Source: Psammoneis japonica (taxonomy: Eukaryota). Taken from it: DNA of 64,000 nt. This document shows, one piece after another, positions 1-11,799 of the stretch. The notes beneath the pieces were generated by a model. The model worked only from the letters and a program-made list of their open reading frames with translations, made no database searches and was not told the origin of the DNA. The stretch lies in the NCBI GenBank assembly GCA_008632985.1, contig QPGO01000073.1, positions 186,001 through 250,000 on the forward strand. Direction: 5' to 3'. The translations under genes were made by a program, and so were the position numbers. The first letter of the stretch is position 1. Every line of letters begins with the position of its first letter.

Positions 1-354
1 CTTTTTTGACTTTTCCCGCAAGGCAGGTACTCATGTGTTTCATAAAAATGTGTAATTTCCATTTATATACATTGTCTAATTGTAGCGTAAGTCTAGCCCT
101 TTCACTTGAACGAATATAGAATAATGTACGCTGTCCATCAAAGAATTATGCGCGGTAACTGTAGTGACATCAAAGCTTGCGTTCAACAAGAAAGGGAAGC
201 CAAGTATCATTCACTTGATGTATCATGAAGTTGTTCGTCTTTGTATACATGCATGAACCAAATCTTCTTTGCCGCCCCATTAACGTCTTCCCATTCCGGC
301 ACTTGCGAGCCCTCTTCGAACCCTTTCCGTCCTTGCACCTTCTCTCGGTCAGTT

Positions 355-1527
355 TTAAGGTACTGGTAGCCGAATATTTCGATCAGCAACTGGAGTGATC
401 TTCCAGCGCTGGCGGAGCTGGTTGCATCGGTGGAGGCGGTCAGTGTAAACTTTGTATCGTGAGAACCCCCTTGAAGTCAGAAAACGAAGCGTCCCAAACT
501 GCTGAATGAAATAGTCGTTGAATGGAAAAAGGCTGTCTCTCACGATCCACAGCTGCGCGTCATTGTCTTGGCGAGAACGAGTGACAACAGAAAACCTGTT
601 GCCCGTGTCTTCATATTCGTCATGCAAGTAATAACCTAGGCTTTTTTGCTGAATGGTGTAAACCACTCCAGTGGGATAGATGCTCCATTCTTGGGACTTA
701 TTGCTCTGTTTAGGGCGAGTGACTACTCGAAAGTGGCCTGATTCGTAAGCATCCAGAAAGCGGGAGTTGCTCTTTTGTTCAACAGTGTATATGGAGAGTT
801 TTTCAGTGCCAAGATTTTCACTTTTAACTATCCAAAGCTGTGTGTCGTTGTCTTGGAAATCCCTCGTGACAACCTGGAAGTCGTGTTCCTTGTTCTCGTG
901 GGCGTCAAGAAACATACGTGAGCTTAAATGCTGGACACGGTATGTGTTGTAACTGCCACTAGGGTAGAAGACCCATTCAGTTTGGCCCGGAATAGAGCCC
1001 CCATCGCGACGAGTTCTAACCCTATAGCGCTCCACGAATCTTCGCCGCAAATAGCGGTTAGTCAAGTCGCCGGTAACAGGTGTTATCCCTACCATGAACC
1101 TTCCGTTCAATACCTGTTGAACTACTGTTGCCACCACACCAACCGGAGTGAAGAGCCATCTTTGGTAATCATCATTTCGAAACAAGGGGTTGGCAAAAAC
1201 GCCCAAATCGTCAAAGCCGAGATCATCGGAGGCCGCGTCCAAATAGCCACCACGACTGTGATTGGGGAGCCTTACGTTCACATTAAAGTCAACGCCTTCG
1301 GCCGGGAAGTAATAGACCTTTTTGTAAAGGATCCCGAGACTACGGGGCCTGGGAATACAACCAATGCACGTCAACAAAGGATCATGCAGCAGACCTAATA
1401 GCATGTCTCTTCGACGTGCGTCACCGGGCGGTGAATCTTCATGTTCTTGAAGTTGACCAGGATCTGCGCCGGTGACCACCGAGAAAGCTACAAGAGCAAG
1501 AATAGCACATTTAAGGATGCGTTGCAT
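355..1527 (-). CDS. Secreted ricin-B/beta-trefoil lectin-like repeat protein
   Basis: 390-aa ORF with an N-terminal signal peptide (MQRILKCAILALVAFSVVTGA). It has ~45-aa repeats of the form Y-x-[VI]-x-[QH]-x-S-x-x-x-[FY]L[DH]...VVTR...Q-x-W, ending in QxW motifs (DTQLW, KSQEW, DAQLW, RQRW). Confidence 0.75.
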   Translation of the reverse strand: MQRILKCAILALVAFSVVTGADPGQLQEHEDSPPGDARRRDMLLGLLHDPLLTCIGCIPRPRSLGILYKKVYYFPAEGVDFNVNVRLPNHSRGGYLDAASDDLGFDDLGVFANPLFRNDDYQRWLFTPVGVVATVVQQVLNGRFMVGITPVTGDLTNRYLRRRFVERYRVRTRRDGGSIPGQTEWVFYPSGSYNTYRVQHLSSRMFLDAHENKEHDFQVVTRDFQDNDTQLWIVKSENLGTEKLSIYTVEQKSNSRFLDAYESGHFRVVTRPKQSNKSQEWSIYPTGVVYTIQQKSLGYYLHDEYEDTGNRFSVVTRSRQDNDAQLWIVRDSLFPFNDYFIQQFGTLRFLTSRGFSRYKVYTDRLHRCNQLRQRWKITPVADRNIRLPVP

Positions 1528-1882
1528 GATTCTGTCTTCGCAACCGCATACTGTATGAATGAGAGCCCAAAGACCGGATTGTTGTAAGAGGTAGGTACTG
1601 TATCAAGCAAGAAGGGAAGAAAGAACAAAACGATTGTGATGCGGTATGTCAAGACAACGATCTTCAAATTGAAAATCTTGAAATCTGGGACATCGCATAG
1701 CGCAATCCCGAAGAACAAATCATCCCGTGACACGACACGACATACGGTCAGACCGTCAGAATTCACTCGGTCCGTCCGGCCGTCGCCGAGCGCGATGTTT
1801 GTGGCGTCCCTTGCCCAGCACCAAGGTTGGGGCCACTGCGGGTGCTGCTGCTCTCCAAGAGGGCCCTAGACTAGAGCATGTA

Positions 1883-2320
1883 AAGAAGTTTGAAAAGAAC
1901 CAAGAGAAGAAGAAAAAGAAGTCAAAAGATGCACAACATGATGCCCCAGTTGTGCTGGTCACATGTGCCAGGACATCACAGCACCCGCCTGAGTGCCCAA
2001 GGACCCGGATCCATTGAAGTCAACACAGCACGCCACTGTTTTCTCATCCAGGTGGATCTGCCTGGTCTTCTCATCACTTTCATTCTGTTTGCCTCTGGCC
2101 AGCCTTGAACGAACAGTGCCACCAAGAAGGCGGCCCCTTCCTCTGCGGGCCTTTTTGGCCTTTGCTCTTCGGGTGACTCTCTGTGTCTCCGGCAAGTTCT
2201 GGTCCTTGCACTGCTGTGGCCATGGCACCCGCTCTCACACTGAGGCTGAGGACTTGGGACACCCACTGGGCAGGGGTGGAAGAGTGCGAAGAGCCAAAGC
2301 TCTGGATTGTCGTCGTTTTG
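1883..2320. repeat. TpA-free degenerate block A
   Basis: No TA dinucleotide seen over ~440 bp, CpG reduced, TG/CA enriched. Flanks have normal composition. Origin not identified. Confidence 0.6.
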
Positions 2321-2383
2321 TATTGAAACTATCCAAAGTAATGCTTGCATGTGTGACACAGTAGCTCAAACATTATCTAGCAC

Positions 2384-3763
2384 CTAGATGTGTTTCGTTG
2401 CATTGGTAGCCATGCATGATGATCCAGAACAAGTCGTCACCTGCTTCCCAAAGATGATTTTCTCCAGTTGATGCCATGACCTATAGCGTGACATGGCTAC
2501 CTGTCTTCCTCTGCAAGCAATTTCAATACGCTCCTCATCATGATCAAGGTAGTACTCCGCTTTGCTCGCCAAATCCTTTGCACTAGAGTACTCAACAATC
2601 GAAATACCATCTTGTAGTCCCTCTGGCAAGGACAGCATCTTGTCTGTCATGACAAGTGGTCCCGCCACAAGGGCCTCCATCAATCGGTAATGGTCTTCCC
2701 ATTTGTCCCTTTGGGCAAGCACGACGATCTTGCTGTTGAGCAAAGCCTGAATATAGCTTGTGGACACACCTTTGCGCCCTTGCGGCCCTGCGTCACCCGT
2801 CAAACCCAAAGAAAACTTGTACTCTGATCTTTCCTTTTGCATGTCTTGCAAGGTGTAAAAGACGACATCACGTAGCGACAAGGGTGACTTCTTCTTCTCG
2901 TAGGCAGCGGGCTCCCAAAAGTAGGCCACATCAAGGTCTCGCGGAAAGCTTGCAATAGAATCGCTAATCGAAGAGGAACGTGCGGTCAAAACGTCCTCAA
3001 TCGCCTGGACAATGTCGGTCCGAACTCCAATGGGTTTGTGTTGAAAAGGAATACCGTTCGGCCTCATTTTCTTTCCTAACTTAACCCATTTTTCAGTGCT
3101 TTGAAATTGGCGATCCATAACCACACATCGTTGATGATACTGAACACTGCCCATGAGGTGTTCCACTGGCTTGCATCGCAGAATATTGCAGTTGTCTTTG
3201 TTATCGACAAAATGAATCGGCCAGGTAGTGCTTAAACCCGCTTGGCTTCGATCAATTTGAGTTTGCTTGGCATTTTCCAACAACTGGGTGCACCAGAGCG
3301 ATTCGCCAGGGCGCCTTTCTAAGACTGTAGTAGGCGAAATCTTAGATGCAAGCTCCGATGCATCTGGTGTGTTCACAATCCACACCAAATTCTCATCAAG
3401 ATTACTCTCGGCGTTTCTCAAAACGGACGATTGAGCAAGCCCATCATCGAAAAAGTGTTTTACAAACGCTTTCTTTTTCTTCCCTTCCATGCGAGGAAGC
3501 ACGAAAACCGACACTGGATACACGGATGGCTCTTCAGCTTGCTTTGTTGCGAAACCATTCACTGGCTGCATGTTCAAATAGGTGCTGAAACTTAGAACCG
3601 CAAGAAGTTGAAAAAGAACCAACGACAGCAACATTAGTGTCATGATTGCCTGAAAGGGAAATCGAAGGCGAGTGGTCATCGTCAAGTGCGCCGCCATTCG
3701 TTGTATGATCATCCGCGTTTCGCATTCTCGAACAACTATCAGCTCGAAAACAAACAATGTCAT
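2384..3763 (-). CDS. Type II membrane glycosyltransferase-like protein (GT-B C-terminal, Glyco_trans_1_2-like)
   Basis: Hydrophobic anchor (LMLLSLVLFQLLAVLSF). C-terminal YIQALLNSKIVVLAQRDKWEDHYRLMEALVAGPLVMTD...YYLDHDEERIEIACRGRQVAM is typical of this family. The true start may be a downstream Met. Confidence 0.75.
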   Translation of the reverse strand: MTLFVFELIVVRECETRMIIQRMAAHLTMTTRLRFPFQAIMTLMLLSLVLFQLLAVLSFSTYLNMQPVNGFATKQAEEPSVYPVSVFVLPRMEGKKKKAFVKHFFDDGLAQSSVLRNAESNLDENLVWIVNTPDASELASKISPTTVLERRPGESLWCTQLLENAKQTQIDRSQAGLSTTWPIHFVDNKDNCNILRCKPVEHLMGSVQYHQRCVVMDRQFQSTEKWVKLGKKMRPNGIPFQHKPIGVRTDIVQAIEDVLTARSSSISDSIASFPRDLDVAYFWEPAAYEKKKSPLSLRDVVFYTLQDMQKERSEYKFSLGLTGDAGPQGRKGVSTSYIQALLNSKIVVLAQRDKWEDHYRLMEALVAGPLVMTDKMLSLPEGLQDGISIVEYSSAKDLASKAEYYLDHDEERIEIACRGRQVAMSRYRSWHQLEKIIFGKQVTTCSGSSCMATNATKHI

Positions 3764-4074
3764 GTTTGAGGCGATCGATTAGAGTTTGACAAGTGCGTTT
3801 TCTCGCAGCGCGCAAGGTGCAGATGCTACCGTATGGGTGTGCTGTCTACGTGTATGTCAGCAAGGCAGGGCATGCCACTTGTTGCCGGCACGACGCTGCA
3901 GAGATCTCAGCAAAAGCAAATGCCCAAGTGGGGTCAGTCGACTTCAGTGATGCCATTCTCAAAAGTGGTTGGGGTTGGATTGATGTGCATTTATTGCGGT
4001 GTACCGGTAGTCTCGCGCTGTGCGCTTCGTGCTTCGTCGTGTGTCTATTTGGGTGTCGCCTCATACTACCGGTA

Positions 4075-6979
4075 CAGGCAGGAGGCACAGTGGGAGCGCG
4101 AGAGCCGCCCAGAGACAGTCTGCCTGCAAACATTTGTGGAAGCACTCGACACAGAGATGTGGCCAATTTGCCGGAATTCTGCAATCACTTGGCCAAGCTG
4201 TTGCTTTTTGCTGACAGAAGGGCACAGTGGCTTGACACCCAGCATGCAAAAAGTGCTGTCTCAGCTGCGTTGAAGTGACACCAAGAAAAAATCAACAAAG
4301 TTGCTGTGCTGCACCTTCATCCATGGCTCACCTGCCTGCACCCATCTTCTCTCCATTGCGAGTGACCAAAAAGAAAGCTTCAGATGTTTGTGCAGAGCTG
4401 GTGTGTGAGAACCTCTGCGCACAAGCCAGGGGCATGCAGGGCAAAAGACGGGTGAGAATGAGGCCAGCCCAAGGATTTTCTCATTGCTCTGGTGGCGGCT
4501 GGTTGGAGGACATTGCAGGGCAGCCAAGGCATCTCCAAGAGGTGCCAACGACATTGAAATCAGCTGGTGCACTTTGCCACCAGGAGAAGTTGCTCAAGCT
4601 TGGCCAATGCTCATGTCTTCTTGTGCTGCAAGCTCAGAGCCTGCAAGCTCAGAGCCAATGCTGTTTTCCAATCTCGCGGTGGCCGCAACTCATGCAAGGA
4701 GCCTGGTGGGTGGGGCTGCAATGGCAACAGTGGCCACTCCTGTTTTGGTTTTTGCTGCCATTGCTGCCATGATTGTTGCTGCAATTGCAGCTGGCCAAAA
4801 TGGTGGCAGCCTTGTGGCTGCTGCCACAGCCTCTTCTTTGGCACCCACCGCTGTTGCGCCCATGCCGACCTCCTGAGCCACAGCCTCCATTGCATTGGCT
4901 GCCACAACCATCACTGTCACAATTTGGTTGCCCCCCCACAAATGGGTTTGTTGGGGGTGTTGCATCATTGCAGCCACACATGGTCATCCTGATGTGCCAT
5001 GCATCAGACAAGAGAGTTGCACATGGCTCAGGTGGGCTCTTGCCCTGCTCTCCTTCTTCAAACCCTCTGTGCATGTGCTGCAATTGCTGCACTTCCTGAC
5101 ATCAGCCACCCACTTGCAGCCCCTGCGTGTGTTTCTGTGTGTGATCCAATGCTGATGTCACCCTTTTCAGATGGTGTTTTGCTGGGTCCCCGGATGCCCT
5201 TTTGCCCCTTCTGCCATTGGCGCACCCTTGTTTCACTGCATGCGCAGTGATTTTCAATGGAAATGACTGGTGTCAATGCCTTGTGGTTCGTGTGCTTGTT
5301 GTCTCATTCGGCAATTTTTTGCACAGATTCAGCACAGTTTCTGCATGGATTCAGTGCAAATTCTGCATGCTTGAGAAATGTCCACTGATGATCACAACGT
5401 CTTTGATGCAATCAACTTCCATCCACACCCATCAGCCCTCAATGACTGCTTTTGCTCCTGCTGGCCACTCAAGTTTTTCACCTTGTGTGGTGACAGCACT
5501 GCCCCTCTTCTTGTGGCACTTGGGGAAATGTTTGTTCAGATTTCCATTTGCTGTGTGGATCAGCATTTCTGTGCAAGATTCAGCACCAATTCTCTGCATG
5601 AAAAAACACTTCTTCCAACATCCTTCTCGTCTTGTCACCAAGGCTCCCAATTTCATGCCTGCAAGTTCTGAACATCCCCTTTTCTGCTTGCTGGGCTTGC
5701 TGGCCTGCCAAGCTGGCTGCTCCAAGCAGTGAACTGTTCATTTTTGTTTCAGCAAATGCAAACGCGAAACTCAGCCAGTCTTTGTTAAAGACAAGACCCG
5801 CCCTTGGAAGCAAGGTTTTTCTCCCAGAGTTTGTGCTGACTTCGAACTCTCCACTTGATGCAACTGTCCTTTGCTGCAGTGGTTTGGGTGCTTTGAATCC
5901 TTTCTGAAAGAAAACAATGACCTCATTCTTGTGCAATTTCTCCTTGACCTGTTGTCTCTGGTGCACACTGCTGCAAAGTTGTGCACATTGACCGGCTGAT
6001 CACATGAACTTCTGCCGTGCCCCTCAAAGGGCATTCCGGAAGGGTGGGTGAGCCGGCACCAGTGTTGCTGGGCAAAGGTGTGATGGCACTTAAAATTGGG
6101 CTTGAGTTTTTTTTGCTGCAATTGCCACCACTGCTGCCATTGTTGTTGTTTGTTTTTCATCTTGTGGCCATTCTTGCTGTCAGCAAAAAATCTTCCCATT
6201 TCCCATGCAGTGCAGCACCTGGAGACCTGACAGTTGGGCAAGATGACAACAGACCTTTGCCCAAAAATGCAGCACTGATGCCAACCCAGCAGAAGGTGTG
6301 GAACAAAGCATTTCTCATCTGTTGTGCTTTGTGAGAGTGCTGGGTGCAGCTCTGGAAAAATTGTGGCTGCCTTTTCGGCAAGTCAGCAAACATGCATTCA
6401 CAACATTGTGGGTGGCAGATTTTGCACAAATCAAGTGCAGTGAGCCATGATTGGATGGTCAAAACTCTCAGCAGTTGGGCCCTCATAACTCCCATGCAGC
6501 CACACTCAAGCATTTGCTGGCAGCCAGCGTTTCATGCAAAAACAATGCTCAAAACAGTGGAGCAATTTGGAGTCCATCATGTGCTGCAATTGATGGGCAT
6601 CTTTGCAAAAAACAATCTTTCACATGCAACAATGCCTCAGTGCCATGCTCTCAGCAAAAACAGGGCACACACAAGTGTGCTCAGAGCTGTCGTTGCCCTC
6701 TTGCACATTGGCTCAATGTGCCCCCCCCTCCAAATGGGCAATGTGGACAAATTGTCTTGCACCACTCACAGCTTGGTGTGCAACACTGCAAACATGTGGC
6801 AATTGACCAATCAAGAACTAAAACTAAAGAAGAGACAAAATGCAGACCCGCTGAGTCCACATGGCGTGCACCAATGGTCAAACAAAAAATGAGAGCCCAG
6901 CACTGTGCGCAGCGACACAAAAGCTTTTTTGGCGGGTGGCAGCGCATGACGCGGGAGGCGGGAGGCACACGCCAGTGGC
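4075..6979. repeat. TpA/CpG-depleted degenerate repeat block B
   Basis: Only about five TA in ~2.9 kb (e.g. GTTAAAG, CTTAAAA, ACTAAAACTAAAG). Many overlapping Cys/His/Gln-rich, Tyr-free ORFs on both strands. Confidence 0.7.
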
Positions 6980-7375
6980 GACGCGTTCCAGACGTAGGTG
7001 GGAATCCGTGTGACATTGGGCCCGTAGACTTCTACGTGCGAGCTCCGTAGTAAAATTATACGGTAATTAAAATGTCAATGATCGCCAACAGAAAATGAGG
7101 CAATTTTGCGAACGCACAAACTCGCACATGATTGAAGTACATCATTTTTTACTTAGCCAGTTACATTCTTCAGACATTGAAGAATGTAACTGGCGCATTA
7201 TTGTTTCTATAAATTTGTTATATAAAACGTCTGGGGCTTCGCAAAACAGCGAGTCTGGACAATTTTTTTTAAATATCACACGTAGAAATCTACGTACGAA
7301 ACATACGACGGATGATAAAAATTATTGTTGTCACACGTCAGTACTACGAGCTCCCACCTAGGGCTGGAACGCGTC
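6980..7375. mobile_element. Non-autonomous TIR element (MITE), 396 bp, 4-bp TSD TGGC
   Basis: Left end GACGCGTTCCAGACGTAGGTGGG matches the reverse complement of the right end, GACGCGTTCCAGCCCTAGGTGGG (21/23). TGGC lies at 6976-6979 and 7376-7379. Subterminal inverted motifs GTGTGACA/TGTCACAC and GAGCTCCGTAGTA/TACTACGAGCTC. AT-rich interior with normal TA content. Confidence 0.75.
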
Positions 7376-7499
7376 TGGCAGTGTTTCCAATCATGAGGCT
7401 TTCTGCCCAGTGCCGCAAAATGATGCAGCAGCAAAGCAACAAACGACCGACTCTTCATCTTCGTGAAGCTTTTTCTCACATTTTTTTCACCGTGTTGTG

Positions 7500-8737
7500 C
7501 GAAGAGACAATGGGTGGGACGCCGAATGCTTGTTGCGGTCATCCCTTTGTTTTTGGCAAAGGTGGGTTTTCTTGCCTCTGGTGAGAGCGTGACATCTGCA
7601 ATTTCAACAGGATGAAATCTTTTCGCAGAGTCAGCACCACCATTTTGATTGCTTTGGCAGCATGCATGTCATTTCAGTCATTTTTTTTATCGTGCCTCAT
7701 GCAGCCACTCTCATGAATGAGAGGGGTCAAAAGTTTTCAAAACCGCTTTGGACGCGGTGACAGAACGATCTGAAGCAGCCTTTTGGAAGGCAAACCACAA
7801 GGGTTGCATCAGGGTGCTCAACTCCAGCACCATTCTCGACTGGGCTCCCCGTTTTCGACCTTTTCTAGACTCATTTGACGCGGATGTGGTCAACGGAACA
7901 GATTTAACACAGAGAGACAAGATCTGGGGTGGTGCAACCAGGGAGTTAGTTTTTGATGCAAATGTTTGCAGAGGTGCCAAGGCATTTCAAAATGCTGGCT
8001 CTGTGAAGTAGCGCATTTTGTTCACAGGTTTCAATGAGAGCTGCGGTGGCATTTCCACCCATGTGGAAGGGAGAACAGTTGACTGGGGCGACATTTTAGG
8101 GCATTGGAAGCGTGGTGGGGTGTGCCCTGGATGACGTTCTTTTGCACATCTAAATCACAGCAACACACTGGGGGTGTTCACTGTGCAACATCATTTCATG
8201 GAACATCCAAAAGTCCACTCGACTCCACTTGGACTCAAGCCTGCCATTTCTCCTCTCCTGTTGAAACACGTTCATGCATCTCCCATGAACAAAACCAAGC
8301 TGCTGATGATCAATGACAACGGCTGGAAACACAGAGCGAACATCGCCAGAGCTGTTGAGACAAATTTCAATGGGACTGCAAGGAATGCTCACAATGTGAC
8401 AAAACAACTTGAGCAACCACAGGAACGTTGCTGTGATGAAATGACTGAATCCAAGTTTGTTCTTTGCCCCTCCGGGTTGGGATGGGACACATGCCATCTG
8501 TGGGAGACCCTGATGATTGGATCAATTCCAAATGTTGAGCAGCACTGCAATCGCAGCGATGGCTGGCATGGAATGCTTGAAGGATTGCCGGTCTTGTGGG
8601 TGGAGAACATGGAACACCTCACACCAGCAGTTTTGGAGCATGAGCTTCAGGAATTGCCACAGAAGAGAATGTTTGAGCATGAGAAACTCACCAAGCTTTG
8701 GTGGGTGAATTTCGTCCATTCCTTGTTGCAACACTGA
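7500..8737 (+). pseudogene. Exostosin/GT47-like glycosyltransferase pseudogene
   Basis: ORF 8174-8737 reads SKFVLCPSGLGWDTCHLWETLMIGSIP...LPVLWVEN...EHEKLTKLWW. The family motif is F.LCP.G.G.DTYR.WE.L..GSIP, so YR has become CH. Upstream frames are interrupted and the 5' limit is approximate. Confidence 0.7.
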
Positions 8738-11700
8738 CAGATGAACCAAGGACACTCATTTTCTTGTGGCATGTCATGACCATCAACAGACGGTGAAATC
8801 AACTGACTGAGGGGTTGCCAACTTGAGAGTCATTTTGCCCAGCAATTGTTGAAATGGAACAAAATTGGTGATCCGTGTGTCCTCGCTTGTCAAAGTTGTG
8901 CGAACTCGTCCACGACGATGGTGCGAAGAAAAGCAAAAAGTTCCTGGGCTTGGCAGAATGACATGGGACGAAAAGCCGGGCTTTTCGCATGCACAGGTTT
9001 CAGTTGAAATCACAGTCTTGTGCCGGATGGTCCACAGCTCAACTGCAGAGGAGCCCAACTAGACTGATTGCAGTGGGATTTTTCAACCACTTGCTGATGA
9101 CACGTTCAAACTTTTTTGTCGCCAGGAGACACCAATCTGAGCTTCACCTCTTTCATTTCATTGGCTCGCATGATCTTCTGTGGATCAGCCATTGTCCAAA
9201 TCTGGTCTGTCCAGCAATTGCCGCATTTGTTTCTGTGGACTCAGATGGCCTCAATTCCTCCAATGTTGGCAGAGCAAGTCATCAGTTCATTCGGGCAGTG
9301 TCTGCAGCCATCTGTCTGTGACTCTTCATCTCACTTCTCAATCCCAAACTGCAAAAACATTTGCAAATGTGCTGACACTTCCGCTGTCAATGGTTGTGTG
9401 GCCTCCTGCAGCCAACAACATACCCAAGCTGCAACTTCAGCTGCCAGCGATGATCATTCTCTTGTGAGGTGTGGTCCTCTCCTTGCACATTTTTGCTGCA
9501 CAACCAACCAACCAGAAAAAATGAACAGATCATGCACAACAGCTGGCTCCCAATGAAAGTGAGGGTCATTTTGTTGTGCGGATGTGGCGTGCTTTTTGTT
9601 GTCACTGGGTTGAAGATTGCTCCTTCAGGGGTGCAAGCATGCACATCAAATTCTTTTGCATTTGTCTTGCCACCAGGACCCAACAACTGCACTGACATCT
9701 GAAGAGCTCATGCTCATGACATGTGCTGCAGTTGCCATGAAGACAATCACCACAGCTTGTCTCCCATTTCAAAGCTGGACAAAGAAAGCAGTCAAAAGCA
9801 GGGCAGTCAGAGGCCCGGCGCCCCAAGTCAGCAGCTTTAGATTCCAAGAGAAAAAGAAGGAAGCTTTGTCATTGCCAGATGGCTTTGCTGTTCCAGATGA
9901 CAGCAATGACAGTGACAAAGATGACGTGCCTCTTTGAGCTGTGACTGCCCGCCACCCAAGAAGGGCACATGTTTTGGCATGATGAGGAAAGGAGCACCAG
10001 TCATGCTGGGAAGGGGAGAAACTGCTCCACCCACAGCTGAGTGCTCGCCATGTTTGGAAGAGGACACTTGGGTCCTGGGCAGGGACTGCCATGGCACAGG
10101 ACACAAAGCACTTTGTTGTGGTCTCTTTGGGAGGGAAGCACCAAAAAGGGCAATGCTTTGAGCCACAACAAACTCCTCCATGGCAAGCAAGCAAGCATGC
10201 ATGCTCACTCTGAGCCACAGCGAGCATCACAGTTTGGTGTCTTTGAGCTGTGATTGGAGCAACACCTTGCTTCAAACTGCTGACACAAGTGTGTGAAAGC
10301 AAGCGACATGATGGTCAAAGTGCTCCAAGTGTGGGGAGCCATGAGCACACAAGCACCTTTGTGCCCCCAGCAAGCCACTGGTGGGTCCACTCTGTTTCAA
10401 ACCATCACACAATTTGGGCTGTCTCTGCTCTCAACATCATCACAAGTCACAAGAGCATCAAAGCAAGTGCCACATGTTGGGCACGCACAGCATCTCTGCA
10501 TGACTTTGGCAGCATTTTTTGCATCTTTTTGCAGCACAATTGCTGGGAACCCACTCAACAATTTTCAAATTTGTTTTGCACAAAACAGCTGGTCAGAGTT
10601 TGCAGAGTGTGCTCGCGCTCACAGATTTTCAATTTTTTGAGCATGTGCTGGAAGCACAGTTGTGCTGAAAAACTTGATTGCCCAATGTGTGAGCTGTTGA
10701 GCTTGTGGAGACAATTCTGTCATGTCCGTGGGCTCTCACCTGCCACCATGGCTGGAGTGCACACCCGCTGAGTGACACGAGCATTGCTGTGCTTCAAAAG
10801 CCAGGCTCTGAAGATGTTGCAGGCACCCAATCTGGCTGCACAATAAAAGAAGGCAAGCATGGTGGCATTTTGAGCCTCACAGCTGGCTGAAGGTTTCTTG
10901 CAATGCAAGTCCTGTCAGGAAGGGGAGATGTGCTGGCATCATGTGCCATGGTGAAAAGAGCACTGCCACCAGGGGTGGGGTGGTGCATGGCAGCAGCAAA
11001 TGAAGGAGATGAGAGTGGCAGAGGCAGAGGCACTGTTTTTTGTTGTTGTTGGATGTCAGCACAACAAGGTGTCTGTTGCAAGCTGTTGGAGCCAAAAGCA
11101 GCAAGACAAAAAATCTCAGATTCATTTGAGCACAGCCATCCAAGAGCAGTGCTGCAAACATTGACATGCACAGGGGCAACAGCACAAAACATGCACATCA
11201 CTTGCACATGATTGTCTTGCAAGTGACTTGTTGAAATGACCAAAATTTTTGTCAACTGTCTTGTGAGCTGAGAAAATGTGAAGTCATGCACTCCAGCTGC
11301 CCTCTGGCACTTTTGCCAGTTTGCCTCAGGGAGTGGGTGGCCAAGCGCATGGCATTGTCCTTGGCCTCAGCCACGCAGTGCCCCCAAAACAGTGGTGCCA
11401 GTCTAAGAAACATGCCATCATCACAAAAACAAAAGCACATCCACTGCAGCTGAAACTTGCTGTGCTTTCATCAGAGTGTGCACTGCAGTGATTGTTGAGG
11501 TGCTGCCTGTCTCACAGCAATTTGCAACCTTTTCACAGGTGACATTTTTGCACTGTGGCAGACAGCTGGTTGGGCACATGGTGAATGTGTGCCAACTGTG
11601 ACAGGCAAACATTTTCATGCTGTGGGGCACTGCCCCCCCCCCCCCCCCCCCCCCTCCTGTGAGGAAAACACATGTCACTGTGAAACAGCCACCCATTTTC

Positions 11701-11799
11701 CCTGTGAGAGTGCCCACCCTCTGTCCCTGCAAAACTGGCACCACCAATGCAGAGAGTGGTGGAACACAAGATTTGGAGTGGGGCCAAAAAAAAAAACAG

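Noticed and set aside
11633..11653. C21 homopolymer (G-quadruplex on the minus strand)
   Set aside because: Isolated run within a degenerate block. Its length is unreliable and there is no supporting context.
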